A DNA stretch of 64,000 nt from Stegostoma tigrinum (lineage: Eukaryota). Each line of letters begins with the position of its first letter. The first letter of the stretch is position 1. Location: contig NW_026728203.1 of the NCBI RefSeq assembly GCF_030684315.1, positions 1 through 64,000 of the forward strand, read 5' to 3'. The notes under the pieces are model-generated. The model searched no databases. It was not told where the DNA came from and saw only the letters and a list, made by a program, of their open reading frames with translations. Below are positions 1 to 10,055 of this stretch, piece after piece. A program made the translations under genes and the position numbers.

Positions 1-2224
1 GCTCCCAGTCTCTTCAGGTTGGTGATGTGATCTCCCAGCTTCTTGATCATCTTCACTTGCTCATCCAAGTATTGCCTCTCCAGGAAGTCACACAGCTGGA
101 AGAGAAAATTAATCCAGAGGATCAAAAGTGTCTGAAAGTGACCCCCATGACAGATGTGACCATCACAACCAGGTGGAGGTCCACTGAGGTGATGCATTTG
201 TAAGTTTGTTTTAACAGCCTGCAGGAGGCTGGGAGAAGGTAATTGGATTTTTACCCAGAGAGTGCACAAACACACCACTTTCTTCCAAGAAGAAAGTTTA
301 CAAACTCACATGAGGGTCAGTGTGGCCAGAGGCGAGTTTGTGCAGATCCAGCAGACTCTGGTTCACATCCTTCTCCATCTGCAGAGCTCTCTGCATTGCC
401 TCCAGACCACTGCCCCACTCATCCTGCTCTGGCTTCTGGAGGGAGGGAAGCAGGAACAGAAAGCACAGTTCAGCAGGCAGTTGTATCATTAGTCTACATC
501 TGATCAGTTAGTTATCCCTCATCATTGTAGGGGAGGTACTGCAAACCAACTTTAATTTGAAGACAACAACTAGATTTTGTACTGAGGGAATAACAAATTT
601 TCTAAACACATTCTACTGTTAATGTAGATTCTCAGAATTCACATGTAGAGAATAGGTACCAATGGAAGTAGTTCCTGGCTTCACTATTGTGGTGTTAGAA
701 ACATCTTCCAGATTCAGAAAGGCTGGACACTGCTACTTTCCACAGTGCAACAATTTCCTGTCTTAGCTTTTGTTACCTCATTCTGTCTGAAGGAGAGTCA
801 TTCACATTGATATCTACTCACTATTCTGGTTCCTCTCAATTGCCCTCATAAGTGCAGAGTATTTCCTTTCAACCTAAAGGAATCCTATTTTGGTGAACAC
901 CCTCCCCTTCACACAGTATTTGTTCAAGGCTAAAGCTAAATAGATGGAGATACCAGTCGATTGTAGCTGCTCACAAAAAGCTGCAAACAGAAGGCTTCAG
1001 AATCTAACCTTAATGTCCTGCAGGAGGACTCGACCTCCACGTTTATTCTGGAATGCCATCAGTTTCTCAGCGTGTTCCCGTTCCTCATGGGACTGCTCCT
1101 TGAAGAACTCAGCAAAGTGATGCAGGGCAACATCATCCCGGTCAAAGTAAGAGAACTGTGGGAAGAGAGGCTGAAAGGAAACTGTCTGAAATTCATGAAT
1201 GACACTCCTCACTCTGGAACTAACCTGGGCACCATCTGGATTCCACATTTAAGTGGTTAAAAAAACAGACAAAGCAGGAAGTCACCTTCCATGGATGATG
1301 AAGGGGAGAGCTGTCTAGAGCCATTAGACATCCGTGCTCTGCAGGTTAGAAACACTATTGTTCAGGAGGTGGAGACCAGTTCGGCCCCTGTCCAACTGAA
1401 TGAAGGGACATGTGTTCATTAACACAACCAGAAAGCTCAGTCAGCAGTCTCATTATCACTATCACCCACCTGAATAACCGCAGTGTCCTACCACCCACTC
1501 CACAGAATTTTAACTGCTTTGTTAGAGAGAGAAAGAAAAAAAAACACATACATAGTCTGAAAATGTGCCCCTTTCCTCACATTGCATAGCTCAAAGCCAC
1601 TTCTGAGAAAGGGTCAATGGACCCAGAGCTTGGATTTCTTCCAGCTCTGTAGAGCTTTTCTAGCTATTTTTGTTAGTGTTTAATGTCTAGCAGCAGCTGT
1701 TCTTTTAGTTCAGGGAACTTGACATCTTGAGCACAAGACAGTCCGGTGAATAGGGCAAGGTTTTAAAAAAGGAGTATATTTGTGTCAGGAAAAGCTTTTG
1801 TTGAGAAAAGGAATACAACCAAAGTTTTACAAAAATTAATTATTGACCAAGACCAGATCATCCCTCCAGAGTTAGATGAAAAAAATCACCAAGGGTTACA
1901 TTGTCCAGAGACAGCAAGCTGGGCATCCACATCCAGGAGCCAGTTGGACATGAAGACAGTGGTCAAGTTTTGAACAGAGAGTCAGTGATAAGACCTGCAC
2001 TAGATTACAACAGGGGAAGGGCCACAGAAAATAATACATGTTACAGCTAATTCATTAACCCAGCATAAAAACCAAACAGGTCAACACTATCATAGCACAG
2101 GCTTCAATTCCACAAAGCTCACCATGGAGAGGTAAACATAGGAGGAATAGAGCTCCAGGTTGATCTGCTTGTTAACAGCATCCTCACAGTCCTGGTGGTA
2201 GTTCTGACACACTTGGGAAACCAT
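1..2224 (-). CDS. Ferritin heavy/middle-type subunit, array gene 1 (type A); exon 4 runs off the window start
   Basis: Exons 2123-2224 ([34 protein letters not shown]), 1009-1155 ([24 protein letters not shown]), 310-435 ([11 protein letters not shown]), <1-95 ([15 protein letters not shown]..). GT-AG phase-0 introns at the standard vertebrate ferritin positions. Confidence 0.95.
1601..1705 (+). mobile_element. Degenerate Penelope-like/hammerhead-type short repeat in intron 1 (homologues near 13404, 19494, 27584, 34321, 50772, 57578)
   Basis: CTGAGAAAGGGTCAATGGACCCAGAGC resembles a decayed CTGANGA-stem-GAAAC minimal hammerhead core followed by the same pyrimidine-rich tail in each copy. Confidence 0.45.
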
Positions 2225-2540
2225 CTTCACTATTCCTGCTCACAAGCACCAAGAAAACTCTAGAACTAAGTCTCTCTCTCCCACAGGCTCTTGTATTTAT
2301 AGTCCTGGGACCATCCTGCAGTCACACAGAGAGAGGCAGAACTGATGATGACTGACAGTTGCTGGTGGCCAATCAGGAACCACCCCTGCATACAGGCACC
2401 AATGAGAGAGAGGGGGAGGGTGTGTTAAGCAGAGCTGATCAGAGGTGGAGATGAGAGCCAGGTCTGGATGGTTATTCTGTGATTGGAACAGCAGGAGGCC
2501 ATTCGGCATCTCAAACCTTCTGCACCACTCAATCAGGTCA
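2225..2540 (-). promoter_or_regulatory. 5' UTR and proximal promoter of ferritin gene 1
   Basis: TATAAATA (minus strand) at 2294-2301, about 70 nt upstream of the ATG; CCAAT boxes at 2369-2373, 2399-2403 and 2482-2486; block conserved in genes 2, 3, 5, 7, 8. Confidence 0.75.
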
Positions 2541-2734
2541 TGGGTCATTTGGTTCTTTTTTAAAATAAGTCAATTTGGTTTGAGAAAAGTTTTCACATTT
2601 TTTTTAATTAAGGTGGTTGTGAGCAACTGCACGAGGGATTCAATGAGGAAGAGGGGCATCAGTTTCTCAGCTTGTTATGCTGGGATTTGGGAAAGAAAGT
2701 TGGGAAATTGTCTCTGGATCATAGAAAATTGTAA

Positions 2735-3066
2735 CAGTGTCAGCTGTGGAAAAGACAGGAAGGATGTTCCTGATTATGGGGGAGTTCAGGACCAGGGTTT
2801 GCAGTCTAAGGATACATTTAGAACTGAGGTGAGGAGAAATCTCTTCACCTCGGGGGGCGGGGTGGTGGATCCTGTGGAATTCTCTGCCACAGAAAAGGAT
2901 TGAAGCCAAAACAGGAATTGGGGAGAGCTTTGAGGGCTGGATCAAAAGGGAATGCAGAGAGGGTGAGAATATGGTGCTGAGTTATGGAATCAGCCACAAT
3001 CACATGGAATGGCAGAGCAGGCTGGAAGGGATGAATGGCCGACTCAACATTTATTTTCTATGATTC
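2735..3066 (+). mobile_element. Old CR1-type LINE 3' fragment (homologues near 20640, 35456, 51910, 58725)
   Basis: Decayed ORF2 C-terminal DNA (aggagaaatctcttcacc..tgtggaattctctgccacag) ending in gaatggcc..ttctatg tail. Confidence 0.65.
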
Positions 3067-3089
3067 CACGTTTGTGCAACTAGCGCAGC

Positions 3090-3620
3090 CAGGGTCTTGT
3101 GGTTAAGGGGTCATGTCCCTAGCTGTGGACCAGGAGGCCTTGGTACAAGTTCCTACCAGATCCAGAGATCTTAAATCATCTCTACAGGCAGATTTAGAAA
3201 ACAACCAGAACAGGTACAGGCACAAAGGACCGAATGGCCTCCTGCTGTGCCATAACAATTCTCCGATTCTGTGGTGGGTCTGTACCTGAGCAGAATCTCC
3301 CTGCCTCCAGCTCCTGCCCGTGGATTGTCACCTCGCAGTGATGGAAAGCCTCGAGTGTTCTGTTGGTTCTCAGAGTGATAAGTGAAGAGGATTTCACCTC
3401 CTGGCAGGGCCACCCAGGATGGTACGATCGAGGGGAGGGTCCTGATAAAGTGCAATGCAAAACCAGTCCCCAGCGGCCATCCAGGTGGAAGATAGGTGTG
3501 TGCGATCGTTGGCTGTGACAGTGGGTGTTGGTCAGCAGTGGGGGGATCCCCAGTCAACATTTCTTTGCCAGTGGAACTGGGTCTACCTTGTGTAAAGGAC
3601 CATGTCTCTGCTGGCGTGTA
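3090..3620. mobile_element. Probable SINE-derived interspersed repeats (homologues near 21010, 35810, 52265, 59095)
   Basis: tRNA-like head tggttaagggg..ggtacaagttcc (degenerate A/B boxes) at about 3100-3155; GC-rich block repeated in A- and C-type spacers; no credible protein. Confidence 0.35.
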
Positions 3621-3719
3621 ACAGCTTTCCCACATTAAAGGTGCCTTCTACAGGTGGAATTCAAACCCCGTCCCCAAACTCTCAGAATTTCCTGAGTGGA
3701 AATTCAGAGCGTTTTTCAC

Positions 3720-4500
3720 AACAGGAGGCCGTTCAGCCCACCGTTCCTGTAATAGCTTCTGAAAGAGCTACCTGATTAGTCTCACTTTCCAGCCCTATCT
3801 CTGTCACTCTCTAAATTCGTCACTTCCAACGACATATCCAACTCTTGTTCTGAAACCAACCATGGAATCGACCTCCGTCACTCTCCCAGGCAGCACATTC
3901 CAAATCCGAACAACTTTCTGAGCAAAGAGTTTTCTAACCATTTCACTCTGATCTCCCCTACTGACAAACTGTGACCCCTCGTCACTGACAAGTCAACTGC
4001 TGAAATCAGAATATCCTGCTTTACTCTGACAAAATTGATCATAGTTTTGATCACGTCAATAAGGTCACCTACAAGGAGATTTCCCCCATTTTCCTTAATC
4101 TTTCCGTGTATCTAAAATTCCCCATTCCTGGGGTCATTGTAATAAATCACCTTTGAACACTTTTGAGGTTTTTCACATCCTTCCTTGAATGTCACGCCCA
4201 GAACTGAGTACATAATGGAAATGTGGTCTAACCAATGATTTGTAGAGGTGTAACATCAATTCGTTGCTTTTATACTCGATGCCTCAATTTGAAAACACAA
4301 GGTTCACAAAAGTGGCTCAATCTCCATTAATAACAGCTTCATCCTGCCTGACCACTTTCAGATAATCACATACTTGAAACTGAAAGTCGCTGAGCTCCTG
4401 TACTCACATCAGATTTGTAACATCGAGCCTGTTTTGACTTTGTGTTTCTTTGACAAAAATGCATTACTCACTTTTTTTTGTTGAAATTGGAAAGTGATTG
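3720..4500 (-). mobile_element. Ancient degraded CR1 LINE 3' fragment shared by the spacers (also about 14865-15640, 21650-23620, 28685-29430, 36440-37220, 52895-53680, 59735-61700)
   Basis: aggaggccgttcagccc tail motif and gcccagaactg..tgtggtctaacc segment alignable by eye to the young CR1 RT C-terminus (VRPHLEYCVQFW region). Confidence 0.6.
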
Positions 4501-5164
4501 GCAACATCAAACCTTGTGCAGTAAATATCTGTGTGTGCAGATATTGTCCTTTCCACAAAGAAATTGTTTTTGATATTATCCTGGATGATGTAGTTCTAAT
4601 GTGAAGATTGTCATCCCATTCTGCGCACAGTCCGAGATGATCATTGAGAAGAAATGGGTTCTTTCCTCTCTACCCTGTCAAATCCATTAATCCTCTGAAA
4701 ATTATCAATTACAGCCATCCCTTAACTTCCTACACAGAGGGACTGGACAAGCCGTTATCATGAATTAACCATCTCTCTGTCCAGGTTACTTCCAGAAATT
4801 CCGTGCATAACCATCTTTGGGTCGAACCTGCCAGAACTGTGCACTCCGGCTGTGGTTGAACAGGAACTTGACCATTTCACCAAAACCTCTTCATCCAGAG
4901 GTATTTGAACCCCTCAGAGATCAGGGCCAACATTAGTTTAGAGAATGTGGTGACTTGCCTTCTTGCATTACTGTTGCCCATTTGGTGTAATCAAACCCAT
5001 ACTGCTGTTAGGGAGGGAACCTGGGAGCGATGTTTCCAACACCAGCTGATCGGTGGTTTGGTGTAGAACGTGGTGTTAGAACATAGAACATAGAACAGTA
5101 CAGCACAGAACAGGCCCTTCAGCCCACAATGTTGTGCCGACCATTGATCCTCATGGATGCACCC

Positions 5165-8064
5165 TCAAATTTCTGTGACCATATGCATGTCCAGCAGTCT
5201 CTTAAATGACCCCAATGACCTTGCTTCCACAACTGCTGCTGGCAACGCATTCCATGCTCTCACAACTCTCTGCGTAAAGAACCTGCCTCTGACATCCCCT
5301 CTATACTTTCCACCAACCAGCTTAAAACTATGACCCCTCGTGCTAGCCATTTCTGCCCTGGGAAATAGTCTCTGGCTATCGACTCTATCTATGCCTCTCA
5401 TTATCTTGTATACCTCAATTAGGTCCCCTCTCCTCCTCCTTTTCTCCAATGAAAAGAGACCGAGCTCAGTCAACCTCTCTTCATAAGATAAGCCCTCCAG
5501 TCCAGGCAGCATCCTGGTAAACCTCCTCTGAACCCTCTCCAAAGCATCCACATCTTTCCTATAATAGGGCGCCCAGAACTGGACGCAGTATTCCAAGTGC
5601 GGTCTAACCAAAGTTTTATAGAGCTGCAACAAGATCTCACGACTCTTAAACTCAATCCCCCTGTTAATGAAAGCCAAAACACCATATGCTTTCTTAACAA
5701 CCCTGTCCACTTGGGTGGCCATTTTAAGGGATCTATGTATCTGCACACCAAGATCCCTCTGTTCCTCCACGCTGCCAAGAATCCTATCCTTAATCCTGTA
5801 CTCAGTTTTCAAATTCGACCTTCCAAAATGCATCACCTCGCATTTATCCAGGTTGAACTCCATCTGCCACCTCTCAGCCCATCTCTGCATCCTGTCAATG
5901 TCCCGCTGCAGCCTACAACAGCCCTCTACACTGTCAACGACACCTCCGACCTTTGTGTCGTCTGCAAACTTGCTGACCCATCCTTCAATTCCCTCGTCCA
6001 AGTCATTAATAAAAATTACAAACAGTAGAGGCCCAAGGACAGAGCCCTGTGGAACCCCACTCACCACTGACTTCCAGGCAGAATATTTTCCTTCTACTAC
6101 CACTCGCTGTCTTCTGTTGGCCAGCCAATTCTGTATCCAAGCAGCTAAGTTCCCCTGTATCCCATTCCTCCTGACCTTCTGAATGAGCCTTCCATGGGGA
6201 ACCTTATCAAATGCCTTACTGAAGTCCATATACACCACATCCACAGCTTGACCCTCATCAACCTTACTAGTCACATCCTCAAAAAACTCGATAAGGTTTG
6301 TAAGGCATGACCTACCCCTCACAAAGCCGTGTTGACTGTATTTGATCAAGCCATGCTCTTCCAGATGGTCATAAATCTTATCCCTCAGAATCCTTTCTAA
6401 CACCTTGCAGACGACAGACGTGAGACTTACCGGTCTATAATTGCCGGGGATTTCCCTATTTCCTTTCTTGAAGAGAGGAATTACATTTGCCTCTCTCCAG
6501 TCCTCAGGTACGACTCCAGTGGAGAGCGAGGATGCAAAGATCTTCGCAAGTGGCGAAGCAATTGCATTTCTCGCTTCCCAAAGCAGCCGAGGACAAATCT
6601 GATCCGGGCCTGGCGACTTGTCAATCTTAATGTTTGACAAAATTTTCAGTACATCAGCTTCCTCTATCTCTATCCATTCCAGCATGCACACCTGCTCTTC
6701 AAAAGGTTTCATTCACTACACAGGTCGTTTCTTTCGTAAAGACAGAAGCAAAAAACTCATTTAGGGCTTCCCCTACCTCCTCAGGCTCCACACACAAGTT
6801 CCCTATGCTATCCCTGATCGGCCCTACTCTTTCTTTGACCATTCTCTTATTCCTCACGTAAGTGTAAAATGCCTTTGTGTTTTCCCGGATTCCTTCTGCC
6901 AAGCCTTTCTCGTGCCCCCTCCTGGCTCTCCTCAGACCATTTTTGAGCTCCTTCCTTGCCTGCATGTAATCCTCTCTAGCTGAACTTGACCCTAGCTTCC
7001 TCCACCTTATGTAAGCTACCTTCTTCCTTTTCACTAGAAGCTCCACCGCTCTCGTCATCCAAGGTTCCTTTATCTTACCCCGTCTTGCCTGTCTCAGAGG
7101 GACATATTTACTCATCACTCCCAACAACTGTTCCTTAAACCATCTCCACATGTCTATAGTTCCCTTACCATGGAACAACTGCTCCCAGTCCATGCTTCCT
7201 AACTCGTGTCTAATCGCATCATAGTTTCCTCTTCCCCAATTAAATATCCTCCCATTCTGCCTAATCCTCTCCTTCTCCATAGCTATGTAGAATGAGAGAG
7301 TGTTATGGTCACTATCACCAAAATGCTCTCCCACCACAAGATCTGATACCTGCCCCGGCTCGTTTCCGAGCACCAAGTCTAGAATGGCCTCTCCCCTCGT
7401 CGGCCTGTCAACGTACTGCGTTAGGAAACCCTCCTGAACACACCTTACAAAAACAGCTCCATTCAAATCCTTCTGCTCGAAGGAGGTTCCAATCAATATT
7501 AGGAAAGTTAAAGTCACCCATTACAACAACCCTACTGCGTCCACACTTTTCCAAAATCTGTCGACCTATGCTTTCTACAATCTCCCTGCTGCTATTGGGG
7601 GGCCTGTAGTAAACCCCTAACGAGGTGACTACTCCCTTGCTGTTCCTAATTTCCACCCATACTGACTCAGTAGGCAGATCTTCCTCGACAATGGAAGCTT
7701 CTGTAGCTGTGATACCCTCTCTGATTAGTAGTGCTACACCCCCTCCTCTTTTTCCCCCCTCCCTATTCTTTTTAAATGTTCTAAACCCTGGAATATCCAG
7801 CAACCATTCCAGCCCATGAGAAACCCATGTCTCTGTTATGGCCACAACATCATAGCACCAGGTACTGATCCATGCTCTAAGTTCATCACTTTTATTCCTG
7901 ATACTCCTTGCATTAAAGCAAACACACTTTAACCGATCCCTTGGTTCCTTCCCAGGAAAATCCTTCCCACTAGCTGGTCTACCTCTTGCTACTGCCTCAC
8001 CTGCATCAACGCTCACCTCTGGTATACAGCTCAGGTTCCCACCCCCCTGCCATACTAGTTTAAA
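5165..8064 (-). pseudogene. CR1 ORF2 (APE endonuclease + reverse transcriptase), interrupted by two 1-bp insertions
   Basis: Motifs FNARS, ITETW, YYRPP, MGDFN, SDH, NYRPVSL, DFSKAFD, GVPQGSVLGP, FADD split over ORFs 7408-8175, 6699-7517 and 5165-6712; extra base in runs at 7465-7467 and 6701-6704. Confidence 0.9.
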
Positions 8065-8990
8065 CCCTCTCGAACTACTCGAGCAAACCTTCCACCCAGG
8101 ACATTGGTCCCCTTCCAGTTCAGATGCAACCCGTCCTTCTTGTACAGGTCCCACCTTCCCCAGAAGGCATCCCAATTATCAACATATCTGAAACCCTCCC
8201 TCCTACACCAGCTGCGTAGCCACGTGTTCAGCTGCGCCCGCTCCCTGTTCCTCACCTCGCTATCTCGTGGCACTGGTAGTAAACCAGAGAACACTACTCT
8301 GTTCGTCCTGCTCTGCAGCTTCCATCCTAACTCCCTGAAATCACTTTTTATATCCTCAAACCTATTTCTGGCTATATCATTTGTGCCAATATGTAACACG
8401 ATTTCTGGCTGTTCACCCTCCCCTTTCAGAACTTTATACACCCGATCGGAGACGTCCCGGACCCTGGCACCAGGGAGGCAACATACCTTCCGGGAATCCC
8501 GATCTTGCCCACAAAATCTCCTGTCGATTCCCCTAACTATCGAGTCCCCTACCACGAGTACTTTTCTATTCTGCCCCCTTCCCTTCTTTGCCACAGTGTC
8601 AGGCTCAGTGCCAGAGAACTGACTACTATGGCTTTCCTCTGGTAGGTCAACCCCCCCAGCAGTATCCAAAACGGTATACTTATTGCTGAGGGGAATGCCC
8701 ACAGGGGATCTCTGCACTGTCTGTCTGTCCCCTTTCCTCCCCCTAACTGTAACCCATCTATCCTCGTCCTGAGCCTTAGGAGTGACCAACTCCCGATAAC
8801 TCCTCTCAATTACCCCCTCTGCCTCCCGAATGATCCGTAGTTCATCCAGCTCCAGCTCCATTTCCCTAACACGGTTTTCAAGGAGCTGTAGCTGGGTGCA
8901 CTTCCCGCAGATGTAGCCAGCGGAGACGTGTGCCACATCTCCCAACTGCCACATTTTGCAGGAGGAGCAAGCAACTGCCCTAGCATCCAT
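8055..8990 (-). CDS. CR1 ORF1p: CxxC..CxxC zinc finger, coiled coil and SGNH/GDSL esterase domain
   Basis: 311-aa open ORF: CSSC..CGKC, heptad LQLLENRVREMELELDEL, VGDS, HIGTND, DGLH motifs typical of esterase-type CR1 ORF1. Confidence 0.9.
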   Translation of the reverse strand: MDARAVACSSCKMWQLGDVAHVSAGYICGKCTQLQLLENRVREMELELDELRIIREAEGVIERSYRELVTPKAQDEDRWVTVRGRKGDRQTVQRSPVGIPLSNKYTVLDTAGGVDLPEESHSSQFSGTEPDTVAKKGRGQNRKVLVVGDSIVRGIDRRFCGQDRDSRKVCCLPGARVRDVSDRVYKVLKGEGEQPEIVLHIGTNDIARNRFEDIKSDFRELGWKLQSRTNRVVFSGLLPVPRDSEVRNRERAQLNTWLRSWCRREGFRYVDNWDAFWGRWDLYKKDGLHLNWKGTNVLGGRFARVVREGLN

Positions 8991-9191
8991 ACCCCACTTA
9001 TCTGAACACCCACTCAGTACTAAAGCAGAAAGCTCACTTCAAGTAATAATAACAAATTAATAACAAACTTATGTTCAATAGAGAAAGTTTAGAATGAACC
9101 TTACCTTATTAACTAGGTTAGAGGAGGAGGGCGGGTGGGAGACACTACAGTTGTAGAGTCTCGGGTTAAGCCGCCTTGCTGATATATATGG

Positions 9192-9600
9192 TCACTGCTT
9201 TCCTTCCCGGCTGCCCCTCTGGTCCTCGTCACTTCCTCTGATGCTCCCGCTCCTTCTCTGAAAGAGCAAAAAAAAACACCGCTGCCCGCTACCGGTAAGT
9301 AATTTTAAAAATAAACTGCTTTACCTTAGCTGCAGTCTTCCGGGTCCGTCTTGCCTCCGCTGCTGCTCGCACTCAAAAAGGCCGTTGGCGTCGAAGGGTG
9401 AGTATTTATACTCACTGCTTTCCTTCCCGGCTGCCCCTCTGGTCCTCGTCACTTCCTCTGATGCTCCCGCTCCTTCTCTGAAAGAGCAAAAAAAAACACC
9501 GCTGCCCGCTACCGGTAAGTAGTTTTAAAAATAAACTGCTTTACCTTAGCTGCAGTCTTCCGGGTCCGTCTTGCCTCCGCTGCTGCTCGCACTCAAAAAG
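9192..9600. repeat. Two 189-bp direct repeats (period 220) forming the LINE 5' end
   Basis: 9192-9380 and 9412-9600 match except one substitution (aattttaaaa vs agttttaaaa). Confidence 0.9.
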
Positions 9601-9886
9601 TTCCCACATATCATCTGCCCTTGTCCGATGGAAAGTAGTTACGGTTTTAAGAAGTTGGCTGAGGAGCTTTGGTGGATTCCTACAGCATTTGGTACATGGT
9701 ATATATTGCAGTCTCTGCGTATGTCAGTGGTGGAAGGATAGACGAAAGTGGCTGCTCGTTTGCTGGAGGCTGTCAACATTCTGGAGTGTTAGACTGACAC
9801 CTGTAATCCTGATACTGTCTGACTTGACAGAATTTCATGCACATCATTCTCTTTCCAGAAGAGATGGTCCAAACAAGCCTCTTCTG

Positions 9887-10055
9887 GTTCACTAATGTCC
9901 TTGTTCGTAAGAAACTGCCATCCTTACCTGATCGGGCCTTTGCGTAACGCCACAGGCAGAGCAAAGGGGTTTAATTTGAATTACTCATGGGCTGGGTGGG
10001 TAATCAGAGATGGATAATAAATGCTGCCTGTCAGTGATAGCCTGATCCTGTTAAA
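9887..10055 (+). mobile_element. Old SINE/L2-like 3' fragment (homologues near 16515, 24525, 31500, 42608, 47795, 54550, 62610)
   Basis: ggttcactaatgtcc..ccatccttacctg..ggataataaatgctg block recurring in every spacer; family assignment is tentative. Confidence 0.45.

Larger units (their letters stand above)
5078..9599 (-). mobile_element. Full-length CR1-clade non-LTR retrotransposon (about 4.5 kb), copy 1
   Basis: 5' UTR, ORF1, ORF2, 3' stem-loop and (TTCTATG)n tail at about 5078-5100; possible short GTT target duplication (5075-5077 / 9600-9602); empty site visible near 54260-54270. Confidence 0.95.

Noticed and set aside
2341-2365. Possible antioxidant response element in TGACTGACAGTTGC
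   Set aside because: Spacing does not fit TGACnnnGC; the PBX/PREP decamer fits better.
2297-2548. Recurrent 82-97 aa ORF (..FEMPNGLLLFQSQNNHPDL..) upstream of the genes
   Set aside because: It is the translation of the conserved promoter, ends at the TATA box and has variable ends.
3171-3635. Recurrent 154-189 aa minus-strand ORF (MWESCYT..) in A- and C-type spacers
   Set aside because: No recognisable domain, overlaps SINE-like repeats, variable C-terminus; recurrence is explained by duplication.
5597-8622. Plus-strand ORFs of 100-170 aa within the LINE
   Set aside because: Antisense shadows of ORF1/ORF2 with no independent motifs.
9192-9600. Direct repeats as LTRs or a CRISPR-like array; RT as a retron or other prokaryotic system
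   Set aside because: Repeats occur only at the 5' end of an APE-RT non-LTR element in intron-containing vertebrate DNA.
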